Assembly (NCBI RefSeq): GCF_041956535.1
Contig: NW_027192199.1
Location: forward strand, 372,001-436,000
Source of the DNA: Calcarisporiella thermophila CBS 279.70
Taxonomy: Eukaryota; Fungi; Calcarisporiellomycota
DNA length: 64,000 nt
Direction of reading: 5' to 3'
Numbering within the stretch: position 1 is the stretch's first letter; the number at the start of each line of letters is the position of its first letter. The notes below the pieces were generated by a model that searched no databases, had not been told where the DNA came from, and saw nothing but the letters and a program-made list of their open reading frames with translations. Shown one piece after another: positions 51,368 to 64,000 of this stretch. The translations under genes and the position numbers were made by a program.

Positions 51368-54300
51368 CTAAAGCTTCAGCTGGAGCCGCTTCCTACTGTG
51401 CCGCTGAGTAGCGTAGTTGCGCACGGGTCCAAGTACCACGAAGAGCTCAAACAGCACCGCGGCCAGCATATTGGCAATGCTCAGCCTAGGGAAAAACAAG
51501 ACCCAGTCAGATCACCCCATCTGCGTCCCCGAGCAGCAGAGAAAAACTTACCCCCACAGCTTGAACCGGAACTCCCGGGGAAGCACGTTATGGCCCAAAT
51601 TGATGTTGTACTTCTCGATCCCCCACCAGGGCGCTGGGAGACCCAGGCGCTGCAGCGCCGAGGGGTTCCCGCAGTTCATGCGGAAGGCGCAGCCCAGCGG
51701 GTTGGGGTCGGCGAGCTCGACGTAGGACACAATGCCGATGTAGGCGGCCCAGAAGAAGATGAGGATCCAGTTGCGCCACCATGCTGCGCGGAAGACGTAC
51801 CCCAGGTTAACCACAAACGCCGCGTTCACCCACTGGAACAGCACGACCAGCGCGAGCGTCTCCGTCTCGAAGTTGTCGCCGAGGAGCCACCACTTTGCGG
51901 TGTCGACCGTGGAGCTGTCGAATTCCCGGCAGCGGAACCAGTCTTGGGAGTAGAGCAGGGCCGTCGCCCCGATGAGGAAGATCCAGTTGATCAGCACCTG
52001 CCCAATCGTGGAGGTCAGGATCTCCGCCCCAAGGATACGAGCCGTGGGGCGTTTGGGGGCGAGCCGGGGGGCTGCACGGGCTTGGGTGACGGCGAACGAA
52101 AGGGCCACGGTGATGAACCCGTCCACAAGGATCGAGAGCCATTGGGGCATGGCCACTGGTATTCAAAGTATGCGAGAGGGGAGGGGGGAAGGGGAGAGAG
52201 AGTTAGCTTCGTGCCAAGGCCATCGCTTGGGGGTTGAGCAGCAGCTTACCTGAGAAATACCCCGTGAAGGTTTTCAGCATGACCATGTTCTGCCCGTACA
52301 AGATCAAATAGCGGTAGGCCGCGAAGTTGGTGGCAAGAGCAGCTCGCCCCTGTCGCAGCAGTTCTACACAGCTCATGATCGTCCGCTTGTTGGTCGAGAA
52401 CGGGGACACGATCGACGCCTCCGCCTCCGAGAGGGCGAGGCCAACGTGCGCCGCCCTGAGCGCGCCACAGTCATTGCCTCCGTCTCCACACATGGCAGTG
52501 ATGCCGCGCTCCATGTGCAGCTGCACACAGCGGACCTTGCCGTGCGGGGTCATGCGGGCGAAGACGCGCACGTGAAGGAGCAGTGAACGGATGCGGTTGT
52601 TGGAGAGAAAATGGTTGAAGGCCTTGCCTGTGACGGCCAGTTCCACGCCTCCCCCGGCGACCGCATCCTCGATCTCGCCGTCCTCCACCACGGCATCCGC
52701 CTCGTTCTCCACATCCACATCCGTCCACACCAGCTCGCCCTTAGGCCCAACGTCGGCCAGCAGAATCCGCTGCCCCTCGGGGACCATCCCGCACTGTCGC
52801 GCGATGAAAATGCCCGTTAGCGCATTGTCTCCGGTGATCATGACGGTGCGCGTGTCCCCGCTTTTTAGCGCCGAGATTGCGGCCGTGGTGTCCTCCTTCA
52901 GCTTGTTTTTGAACAGGATCAGGCCCAGGAAATCGACGTCTTGCTCGAGCTCGTCCCGGGTCCAGTTGCGGATCCGGTCAAGGTCGTCCACCAAGCCCAG
53001 GTCCCGGTGCGCTATGGCCAGAACATAGCACCCCTCGCGCGCAAGCCGAGATGTTATCCGGTCATAATCGGCTGGGATGGAGTCGGGATTGGAGAGCTCC
53101 CGAATCTTCTCAAACGACCCCTTCACAAATACGTGGCATCGCCCCGTGGCTCGATCCAAGACCGCCACCGACATGGACGCTCTTGCGTGAACGAACTCGA
53201 AGCGTCGCACTATATGGACCAAGTGCCGGTTCTCCGCCGTCTTTTCCGGCTCCTCGGCCCGCGTGCTGCCTTGGTCGGGCGGCAAGGGGGAAGGGGCGGC
53301 AAGCGAGTCGACGAACTCCGGATGCTCGGCATTGGGCAAGAGGTGCCATCCGGTCGCGTTAAACATTTCGATGTCGACCGGGTTTCCGATAAGCTGCCCA
53401 CCCACCTCGGTCACTGAATGGCAGGTGGCTAGGCCCATCCGTAGGTCGTATGGCATTTCGCCCATGGCCTCCGTTCTCTCGCCGAATCGGTGGCACTCCA
53501 CCCGTTCCCTCACGTCCACCCTTTTCTCCTCGTCCAACGAAGACGATGTTGCGGAGGCGGAGGATGAGGAGGAGGTCTCTTTCGCAATCGCTCCGTAGAA
53601 CTCGAGACCCTCTTTGGTGAGCGTGCCGGTCTTGTCGAAGCAAAAGATGCGCACCTTGCCGGCGATGATCACTCGGGGAAGATCCACGCAGTAGATGTGT
53701 TGCGTTCGGAGCCGTCCTGCCGCGACGGACTGCCCCACCACAAGCGCGGCGGGCAGGATCGGCGAAATCAACTGGCAAATGTTGAACATGGCTAAAATAC
53801 CCAAAAAAAAACAAAACATCGACAAGCGTCAGCAACCACACAAGAGACCTAGAACGCAAATTAAAATAGGGACCGAAAAACCAGGCGCCTGTTCCTGCTG
53901 ATCGCTGGAGCCAGACCGCGAGCACGAACAGGATCACCGCCCATATCAACAGGATGATCATAACGATCTTGATCTGTTCGTTGAAAATGAAGGAAATGGG
54001 GCTCGGGAACAGGATCTTCTGTACGAGCTGGCCCTTATCCGTCAGGGTGCCCGTGTGGGTCACCAGCGCAGTCACTCTTCTCTCTTCCTGATCGCCCTCC
54101 GTCGGGGCGGTGTTGTATCCCCCCTGCGGGGCCGCCTGAGTCACCGTGGTGCCCGCGAAAACGGTGTTCACTTTTCCGCTCGTCATGCGATCGTAGATGA
54201 TGTCGTCCTCCTTGAGCGGGAATTTTCGCACTGGCAGGGGCTCGCCGGTCAAACTGCTCTCATCCACCACCACGTTCCCGGAGAGGATGACCCCATCGCA

Positions 54301-56470
54301 CGGGACCACGGTGCCCTCCTTCACCTCCAACACATCGCCGGGCACGAGGTCGGCCGTTGAAATCTCCTTCCACCGCGAGTCTCGCAACACTTTGCACAGG
54401 TCGACATGCTCGGCCATTTGTTTCACCCGTCTCTCGCTGCGTAGGCGGATGACCACCTTGACGAGGGCGCTGAGCAGAATGACCACCGTGTCGGCAATAC
54501 CAATGTAATAGTACGAGTAATAGTAAAAGAGCTAGAGAGAGGTGCGCACATCCATAGAGGGGGAGGGCGGTAGAGAGTCAGGAAAAGGGATTGGAGCGAC
54601 TTCACAAACAAAGGCCTTCGTTCCTTACCCATAGCACCATGAACTGATATAGGTAAAAATATCCAAAAAATTCCTGCGCCAGAGCCACCGCGAAATTCGG
54701 AACATAGACGCTGATAAAATTCGGGCCGATCAGCTCTGCAGAGGCACTCAAGAGAGTGAGAAAAACAAAAAAGACGGGAATGGCCCGTCCAGCCGAATCA
54801 TCACCCACTTACCCAGTCGAAAGCTGGCCTCCTTCTGACTTAAACCCCCAGCGTGCTCCAGTAGGGCGGCATTGGTGCTGCCCAGATAATCGAACTGGTA
54901 TGGATCAAAGCGCGAGGTAGCTTCGTTGTACACGTATCGGGTGCACTGGAAGTTGAAGTATTTGGTCCCATCCTCAGTACGCTCCAGCGGGACCGTGTTC
55001 ACAATGACATCCCAGCTAAGAGATGAAGCGGGAGAGGAATGGGGTTTGGGTTAGTAGACGTTATACAACAACAGAGAGGTCCTGCACTTTTCAGAAAGGA
55101 TATAAGCACAATGGATACGAGTTAGTGATGAGAGGAGAGGGAGGAGGAGGGAGAGAGAGAGAGAGAGAGAAAGGGAGGGAGAGAGGCTAAACTAAAATGA
55201 TACTTGAATAGAAAAAGAAATGCCGTACCCAAAAGCCCGCTTTAGAATAGACTCTATACGGCGAACTAGCTGCAGCAATTGCGAGTTGTCCTCCAACAGA
55301 ATAAGCGCCTGCTGCTGTTTTTCGACCTGAACCCATTGTCCGTAGCGAGGGGCGGATTGCAATCGGAAAAAGTTCCGAATGCGCAAGCGCGAGATATTCA
55401 GAGCGAGCACAACAATGGCTGTCGCATACCAGACAGCAATGAAAATGGCCGAGGACATTTTAAACCCAAGGTAGACGTCGAACTCTTTGCCTGTAAGGGC
55501 ACCGTAGTAGTCTGCCGTGAGGACCGCAAGCCAGACGAACATGCCGATGCAATAGGCGATGGTGAGAGTGAACATGAACAAGCCGAACACGTCACGGCGA
55601 TACCCCTTAAGGACGAGTTGCTCGGAGATGGATCCCTCAGAGGAGTTATCGCTCCAATCCTCCGCAGGCTTGGCGGGCTTTTCGAGACCCTCGGCAGAGT
55701 CCATTTTCGATGATTTATCGGGGAGCTCTACGGTAGGGTTGTTAGACTCAGGCACGGAGTTGATTCCCTATGGAAGAACGAAAGATTGAGGGGCTAAGGA
55801 AATTTAGACACGCAAGGCAACAAGCTACCTTCTCGCGGATTCTTTTGTAAAGGATCCAAAGCATTAGCAGTCCAAAGTATCCTCCCGCCAAGGCCCAAAC
55901 TGAGACCCACATCGGCTCTCTCCATGTAAAAGGCTCCTTGGCTGCTGTTGGACATTTTAGCCACATGGGCTCCTTGGACTGCAGGTCGTAGCTCCTTACG
56001 ACACTAAGTCCTAGTGCTCTAGCACAGGTGTTCATAATTTGGGTATCATTGTTGTAGTATTCTATATCAAGGGTCATCCCCGATTTGCAAGGGAACAGCA
56101 CTTCAATGGCGCCAGTGTCGCCACACATGCATATGTTTTTCACGCCCTCACACGATGGTTTACAGGTGCCGTCATTGCAAAACTGGAGCCCGCTCCCACA
56201 AGTTCGCGCCACGGGAGCCGGGCACTGGCTCTGATTGGGGACGCAAAGCTGCGGACATTCTGCGTCGTATTTTGTGGGTAATGGGCACTGTTTCCCGTTA
56301 ACGTCGACGCCATTGACTAGTTATCGGGGAAAATGGCGATGGGTCAGAGGGGGGAATTTGTTCCGACAGCGGCGAATCTTACCATTATTGAAGAGCGGGA
56401 TAGCGGACACGCCCGCAGACATGAGGAGCCATGCCGACACTCCTGCTTCTAAATAGCGGATTTGCCTCAT
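51368..56470 (-). CDS. P5-type ATPase (P5B-like) with N-terminal signal peptide and Cys-rich domain, multi-exon
   Basis: DESSLTGE, CFDKTGTLT, GLATCHS, GNPVD, RRFEF, VKGSFE, MITGDNALT, VFARMTPHGK, MCGDGGNDCGALRAAHVG, ASIVSPF. Confidence 0.92.
55150..55170 (+). repeat. (GA)n microsatellite in a P5-ATPase intron
   Basis: gagagagagagagagagaga. Confidence 0.9.
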
Positions 56471-57034
56471 TATCCGCGTGGTTCTAAATCGATCTTAAGG
56501 AAAGAAAACTGGCAATGAAAGGCCTCTGCCCACAGCTACAAGAAAAATAGTCGATTCGCAAAGTGGTGGAGCAGCAAACTGCCTCCAAACCAAAACGGGA
56601 AGTGTGCATTTTCAACCTCTAAAAAAAACCCTCGCGATCTCCGCGCTCAATGGAGATTTTTCAGTTCCTAATAGCGCCAGACGGTGCGCTTTTCTGGCCT
56701 CGCGCGAATTGGAGCAAAATCTCGCGCAGCCCGACCGGCGCCGCGGGGTTATTTCTCCTATCTCGGCCCCACGCGCGCGTTCTTCATATTAAGATTACGC
56801 AATTGGCATAAGAGGATGATACAATGCAATGGGGGCAATTGCGGCTTAATTCGTAATTTTCTATGGCCGATGATGTGCTTGCATACCCGATCTGGTGATT
56901 GGCTGCTCAGGATTGCCTCGAGCGGCACATTTAAGGCCGCCACTCTTCATCTTTTTCCCAGAGCTTTCCGTATACCTCGAAGACTCTATTTTTTCCCAAC
57001 CCTAATATAAGGCCTTCCCGCGTTCAATTCAATC

Positions 57035-58019
57035 ATGTCTCTCCGTCTTGGTTCCATTGCCCCTGGTAACGCGTCATCTCCCCCGCCTTCTTCTCCCCGC
57101 CGCATTGCTAACCCCATTCTCTCTCCAAGATTTCGAGGCCAAAACCACCAAGGGCCCCATCAAATTCCACGACTGGATTGGTGATTCGTGGGCCATTCTC
57201 TTCTCCCACCCTGCCGACTTTAGTGTGTAAACTGTTGGCATGTCGGTTGTTCCCTTCCTCATTGACCGTTTGCTTTTTTTCTCGTAGCTCCCGTCTGCAC
57301 CACCGAGCTTGGCATCGTAGCCGCTCTCAGTGACGAATTCGAAAAGCGTGGCGTCAAAGTCATCGGGCTCTCCGCAAATGACCTCGGAGACCACGAGAAA
57401 TGGATTGCCGACATCAACGAGGTCAACAACGTCCAGCTGCAGTTCCCAATTATTGCTGATGCGGATAGGAAAATTGCAACCCTCTATGATATGCTTGACT
57501 ACCAGGACGCGACAAACATCGACGCAAAGGGAATCCCCTTCACAGTGCGATCCGTGTTTATCATCGATCCCAAGAAGGTATGCATCTGGTTCGTGCTCTC
57601 CGTTAAGCTAGGATTGCTCAGAAGAAATTGTGTTCTGGTATCTTTGTAGACAATCCGTTTGATCATTACCTATCCAGCCTCCACCGGAAGAAACTTTGAT
57701 GAGATCCTCCGAGTCATCGACTCCCTGCGTGCGTTTCCCATCCTTGGATTCCTTTACGCCTCGAACTAATTTTTTTTTTTTTACATCTCTAGAACTCGGC
57801 GATAAGCACAAGATCACCACTCCTGGTAACTGGAATAAGGGTTGGTATTGCTATTGAAGCTAAGATATGGTGCAACAGTTTAACATACATTTCTCCTCTT
57901 TAGGTGACGATGTCATTGTGCACCCGGCCGTCACAACTGATGAGGCAATTGAGAAGTACGGAAAGGAAAACGTGAAAATTGTCAAGCCCTATCTCCGCCT
58001 CACCAAGTCGCCCTTCTAA
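57035..58019 (+). CDS. PRX1: 1-Cys peroxiredoxin (Prx6/Prx1 type), multi-exon
   Basis: [68 protein letters not shown]. Confidence 0.95.
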
Positions 58020-58474
58020 TGCTTATCTTAGCCTGCACTTTTTCTTTAAGTTTATTTTTTACCATATTCAGGATATTTTTGGGTGTTTTGTCTTGTCTTT
58101 TGCTCTATCAGTGTTAGTTCTATTTCCCACGACCGCTCTCTATTTGCCCTTATGTTATTTTTCCAATTCTCTCCACAAGATTTATAAAACTCATGATTTG
58201 ATCACTTCAATTTGCCCCCCGCATCCACGGCGGATATAAAGTGCAAAGTCTGCTGCTCCTTCGAGTTTGCTCTGGGGGACAACGTCGTCCGAACCTCAAA
58301 GCACCCCACGACAGTGTAAAGCGTGAGGGAAGGAGCACATGGGTGAAATATTCCGTTACAAGGAATAAATTAATATGTATTATTGAATTGGGTGGGAATG
58401 ATATACAGGCAGATTGGGTGGAAGAAAAATAAATATAAGACCCAAGGTGATAAAGACAAGGGTGGGGTTCAATG

Positions 58475-60790
58475 TCATGGTAGCCACGTGCGCCATGCTT
58501 CCTTGCCTTTGAGCAGCTCAGGGTAGGATTTGTACAAGTAGTTACGTATCTTTCTTAAGCTGTCAAATCGCCCCGCACGGTTAAGAAAGGGAACCAAGGT
58601 GCCGATCGTCTTGCTCTCGGGATCAATCCCCAATTCACGCATTTCCACGGTGACGACGCGCACCGCGTCATCGAAACACCCGTGGCGACACAGGGATTCG
58701 ACGTAGGAGTTGGCCACGTTGACCCCAATCAGGGCCGGGTATTCCTTCCGCAGTTGCCCCCACACGCGCTTCACCTCCTGGGCCGTCGACCAAAAGCCAC
58801 ACGCGTCAAGCAGGATGGACGCCGTGGCTCCATGGGCTAGCTCGGGTTGGCGACGAACCAGTTCCCACAGCTCGCGCACCTTGTCCATTTTACCCGCACG
58901 GTTGTAGGCCAGCATGAGGAGGCGAATCGTGCCGGAGGTGTGCTCCCCATCAATCAAGCGTACGTATTCCTGCAGATGTTTCTCGAGGGCCTCCTGATCG
59001 ACCTGGGGCTGAAGCGCGTGGGTTCGCACCAGGCGGCTGATCACGTCCGAATCAAGCTCAAGCTGGCGTTCCCGCATCTCTGCCCCCAGCTGTTCCACCA
59101 ACGCGGCATCCTCGATATTGGCGTCCATCATGAAACAGAACGCGGCCTTGTCAGGGGCCACCTCCGCGGCTCGCAGATCCCACCACATCTGTGTCACGCG
59201 GTCGAGCTTCTTTTCGCGTGCAAGATAAACAAGCAATCGGTGAACAACGCTATAGGAACGCCCGAGCAGGCCAAACTCTCGAAACTGGCCATAGTGTGCC
59301 CACGCCTCCTCGTATTCCTGTTGCTGAAGATGAACTTCAATTTGGAGATGGGCCAGCAGGGCATGGGTCTTGGGGGATGCGCTGGCTGCCGATGACCGCG
59401 TCAACTCTTCGAACAAAGGGCGAACAAGCCCCTGCATCTTGCGGCTGATGAGGAAGGAGGCGACAAAATAGCCTACGCCGTCCTCGGCTTCCGAGGGAAT
59501 GACGTCCACTAGGCTTTGTATCTCGGCGAGCGGTTTTTGTTGAATCATAGCCGTGCTAAGCAGATGGGCTAGTAACCAGGGCCGATTCAGCCCGGGCACC
59601 GCAGGCAACTCATTGATCCATTTGACAACCGAGCATTTATCTTTGCCTCGTAGCAAAGCTCGGCGGATGCTTGGGTTGTCCTCCTCGCCCAGCTCGAGGC
59701 CGCTCTCTGCCATGAATTCTAGGGTCTCGCGCACCAGTCTCAACCGCTCATTGGTGTCCACTGGGTTGATATCAGCCCCTAATGAACGCAGTATGACGCC
59801 GGGCATCCCGCTGTTGATTTCCGCGGTTTCGCCCCCCTTGAGTCCACGTAGATGGGCAAGGGCCAGGTCCGGCCTCTCCTTTTGCAGATACCCCACAATG
59901 ATGGTGTGATGATGGTATGGCTTGGCCTTGCCTCCGCACTGCTTCATTCTATCTAGGGCATTGGCGGCAATCTCCACCTTTCCTATCCGGCAATACCCAT
60001 ACAGCACCGACTGGATGAAGACACTGCTGGGTTTTCGCAAGTCTTTTGTGAGCTGTGCATCGAGGATGGTTGACACATCCTCCGCCCTCTCCTTGCCTAA
60101 GTACTCTGTTATCAGTTTGGAAAGATAGGTGCCGTGAAACATCGGTCTTTGAGTTAGGAGCTCGAGGGCAACCTCCCATTCCTCTGCGTGTATAAGCGCT
60201 CGACCGTAGGCATATATCTCGGACGGATTGAGGTAGTCGTGAAACTTGGAAATATTTACATTTGAGTCCATGTACTTCCACTCAACCTCTCGAAACAGCG
60301 TTCTCGCTCGTTCTAATTCGCCAATCTCGACCAGTTTAAGAAGAAGTTGGTCGAATATAGGTCTAAGCGGGGAATGGCCAAACAAATCTAATGGAGCCTT
60401 TGGTGCGAGCTCGATCGCCTTGAAACGTTGGACGGCTTCATCCATTCTTTCCGATTTTATAGCTTCCTTTAACGCGCGAAGCTCCTTCGACGATGGCGAG
60501 GACTTCGGTTTGACAAAATGAGGCGTTCTTCCTTTGGCCTGAGTGTGGGGTATATTCCGCAATCGCCTTCGATGTTTTACTTCATTCCCGTGTGTTTTTG
60601 GCGATCCGACCACTGAGGACCAATGTCTAAGCTGAAATCGAGAAATGCTGCTCAATGCTCGATTTGAAGAGAGACAATGAAGGTAGCAGCTTGGTTTAAC
60701 CACCAATGAAGATTGAAAAATCAGAGATGGATCGGTGTATTGTGTAAGTCTTAACTTTGTAAATTTGGACAAGAGTCTCCACCGGTCCAT
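58475..60790 (-). CDS. Pentatricopeptide-repeat protein, probably mitochondrial (intronless)
   Basis: Arg/Ser/Leu-rich presequence-like N-terminus; PPR-like units such as 'VLYGYCRIGKVEIAANALDRM' and 'NSYVESLCRHGCFDDAVRVVTVEMRELGIDP'. Confidence 0.8.
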   Translation of the reverse strand: MDRWRLLSKFTKLRLTQYTDPSLIFQSSLVVKPSCYLHCLSSNRALSSISRFQLRHWSSVVGSPKTHGNEVKHRRRLRNIPHTQAKGRTPHFVKPKSSPSSKELRALKEAIKSERMDEAVQRFKAIELAPKAPLDLFGHSPLRPIFDQLLLKLVEIGELERARTLFREVEWKYMDSNVNISKFHDYLNPSEIYAYGRALIHAEEWEVALELLTQRPMFHGTYLSKLITEYLGKERAEDVSTILDAQLTKDLRKPSSVFIQSVLYGYCRIGKVEIAANALDRMKQCGGKAKPYHHHTIIVGYLQKERPDLALAHLRGLKGGETAEINSGMPGVILRSLGADINPVDTNERLRLVRETLEFMAESGLELGEEDNPSIRRALLRGKDKCSVVKWINELPAVPGLNRPWLLAHLLSTAMIQQKPLAEIQSLVDVIPSEAEDGVGYFVASFLISRKMQGLVRPLFEELTRSSAASASPKTHALLAHLQIEVHLQQQEYEEAWAHYGQFREFGLLGRSYSVVHRLLVYLAREKKLDRVTQMWWDLRAAEVAPDKAAFCFMMDANIEDAALVEQLGAEMRERQLELDSDVISRLVRTHALQPQVDQEALEKHLQEYVRLIDGEHTSGTIRLLMLAYNRAGKMDKVRELWELVRRQPELAHGATASILLDACGFWSTAQEVKRVWGQLRKEYPALIGVNVANSYVESLCRHGCFDDAVRVVTVEMRELGIDPESKTIGTLVPFLNRAGRFDSLRKIRNYLYKSYPELLKGKEAWRTWLP

Positions 60791-61797
60791 GGCTTGAACT
60801 ACGAAAAGTACGTTGTGTTTATTGTATTTGCCTGTTCTCTTATAAATTGCACCATGTAAGGGGTGGGTATATTCTACGTTCTGTATATATCCCGCTGTTT
60901 GTCTTTTGTCTCCAGAATTCTCGCCAGACAAACCGACAATATTTCTAAAGCGCGAGATTCTACGACGCTAGAGCAGATATAAGCATCTAGCGCAAGTTGG
61001 GGATGGTGATGACGAAAATGAAGTTGAATTCAATATTCATATAAATGAAATTGGACAGTGTGAAATTGACCCGAAGTAAGGGAGTAAACATTATGACTGC
61101 CTTTTCATGGCCTCTTTCATAAAGTTCCATATTCCAATTACCATCACAATAAGGGATCTTTTCGCATCCAGTTTGAGATGAACGCGTCATCTATTCGATA
61201 GACAGCTCCATTCGTATCAATGAATGGCCTAGTAAGAAGTGTTTTTCTCATGCATTTTAGTATTGAAGGAAAGTAGAAAATGTTTGAAGCATTTCAATAG
61301 CGCAATTACTATATAAAAAGTCAAAGTGCCAAATCCCTAATGCTTCAGGTTGTTCTTGGGTGGTTTTGCATATTATCTACGAACATCATAAGAGCAAGAT
61401 TGCCCCTCGTGCCATAGGACTTCTTCCCCCGTAAATTCCTAAAGAAAAAACAAAGCGAGCCCACTAACACGATAAATTTATAACACTCATGTTCTAAGCC
61501 ACCCAACAACAAAGATCTTCGTCCAATTGGAGGCATCGACACCCTTAACTTTTCGTGCACCAAGTAGAGGCATAGTTAATGGAACGGCAGCCCAAGCTTT
61601 CGGAAAACCTCATCTACAGCCAGAAATAAAAAGGGGAGAATAAGATCTTATTATTACAATAAGAAAAAAGGCTTGTTTATTTGCAATAAGAAAAAAGACG
61701 TCAAGCAAAAGTGGTGTCTTTTTGCGCAAGTCCCCAGATAAATGAAAAGCGGAAGGGAAAAAAAAAAGAGGAAATTAAGTATATATATGTATATGGG

Positions 61798-64000
<2,203 letters not shown>

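Noticed and set aside
51350-53600. Long plus-strand ORFs opposite the P5-ATPase (similar ones occur opposite PEPCK, the PPR gene and SERCA)
   Set aside because: Antisense artefacts of GC-rich codon bias with no recognisable domains.
57200-57310. Possible selenocysteine in the peroxiredoxin active site
   Set aside because: The spliced sequence is FTPVCTTE with a TGC codon; there is no in-frame TGA.

Overview
This is eukaryotic, intron-containing DNA from a compact fungal genome. Short GT-AG introns and the combination of fungal genes (ZDS1-like, PAN6, VCX1, ATP-dependent PEPCK) with genes budding yeast lacks (SNAPC1-like, JMJD6, ADAM, SERCA) suggest an early-diverging fungus; this taxonomic call is inference. 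I reconstructed about 24 protein-coding genes by reading splice sites manually, plus one intronic C/D snoRNA (U24/snR24 in the RACK1/ASC1 gene). I found no CRISPR array, rRNA, intact tRNA or recognisable transposon, and I cannot support a novel multi-gene system. The best leads are: (1) a P5-type ATPase fused to a signal peptide and a Cys-rich ectodomain, with a non-canonical SPILP motif; (2) a U24 snoRNA whose second guide has been replaced; (3) an intronless, strongly codon-biased 151-aa beta-rich orphan gene in a gene-poor island; (4) a CK2-beta start codon that only exists after splicing; (5) a polyQ/Gly-Met-Tyr prion-like gene frameshifted at a C10 tract; (6) a SNAPc subunit; (7) AcuK/AcuM-type CCGN7CCG elements upstream of PEPCK. 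All homology calls come from motif recognition, with no database search, and exon boundaries are unverified by transcripts.
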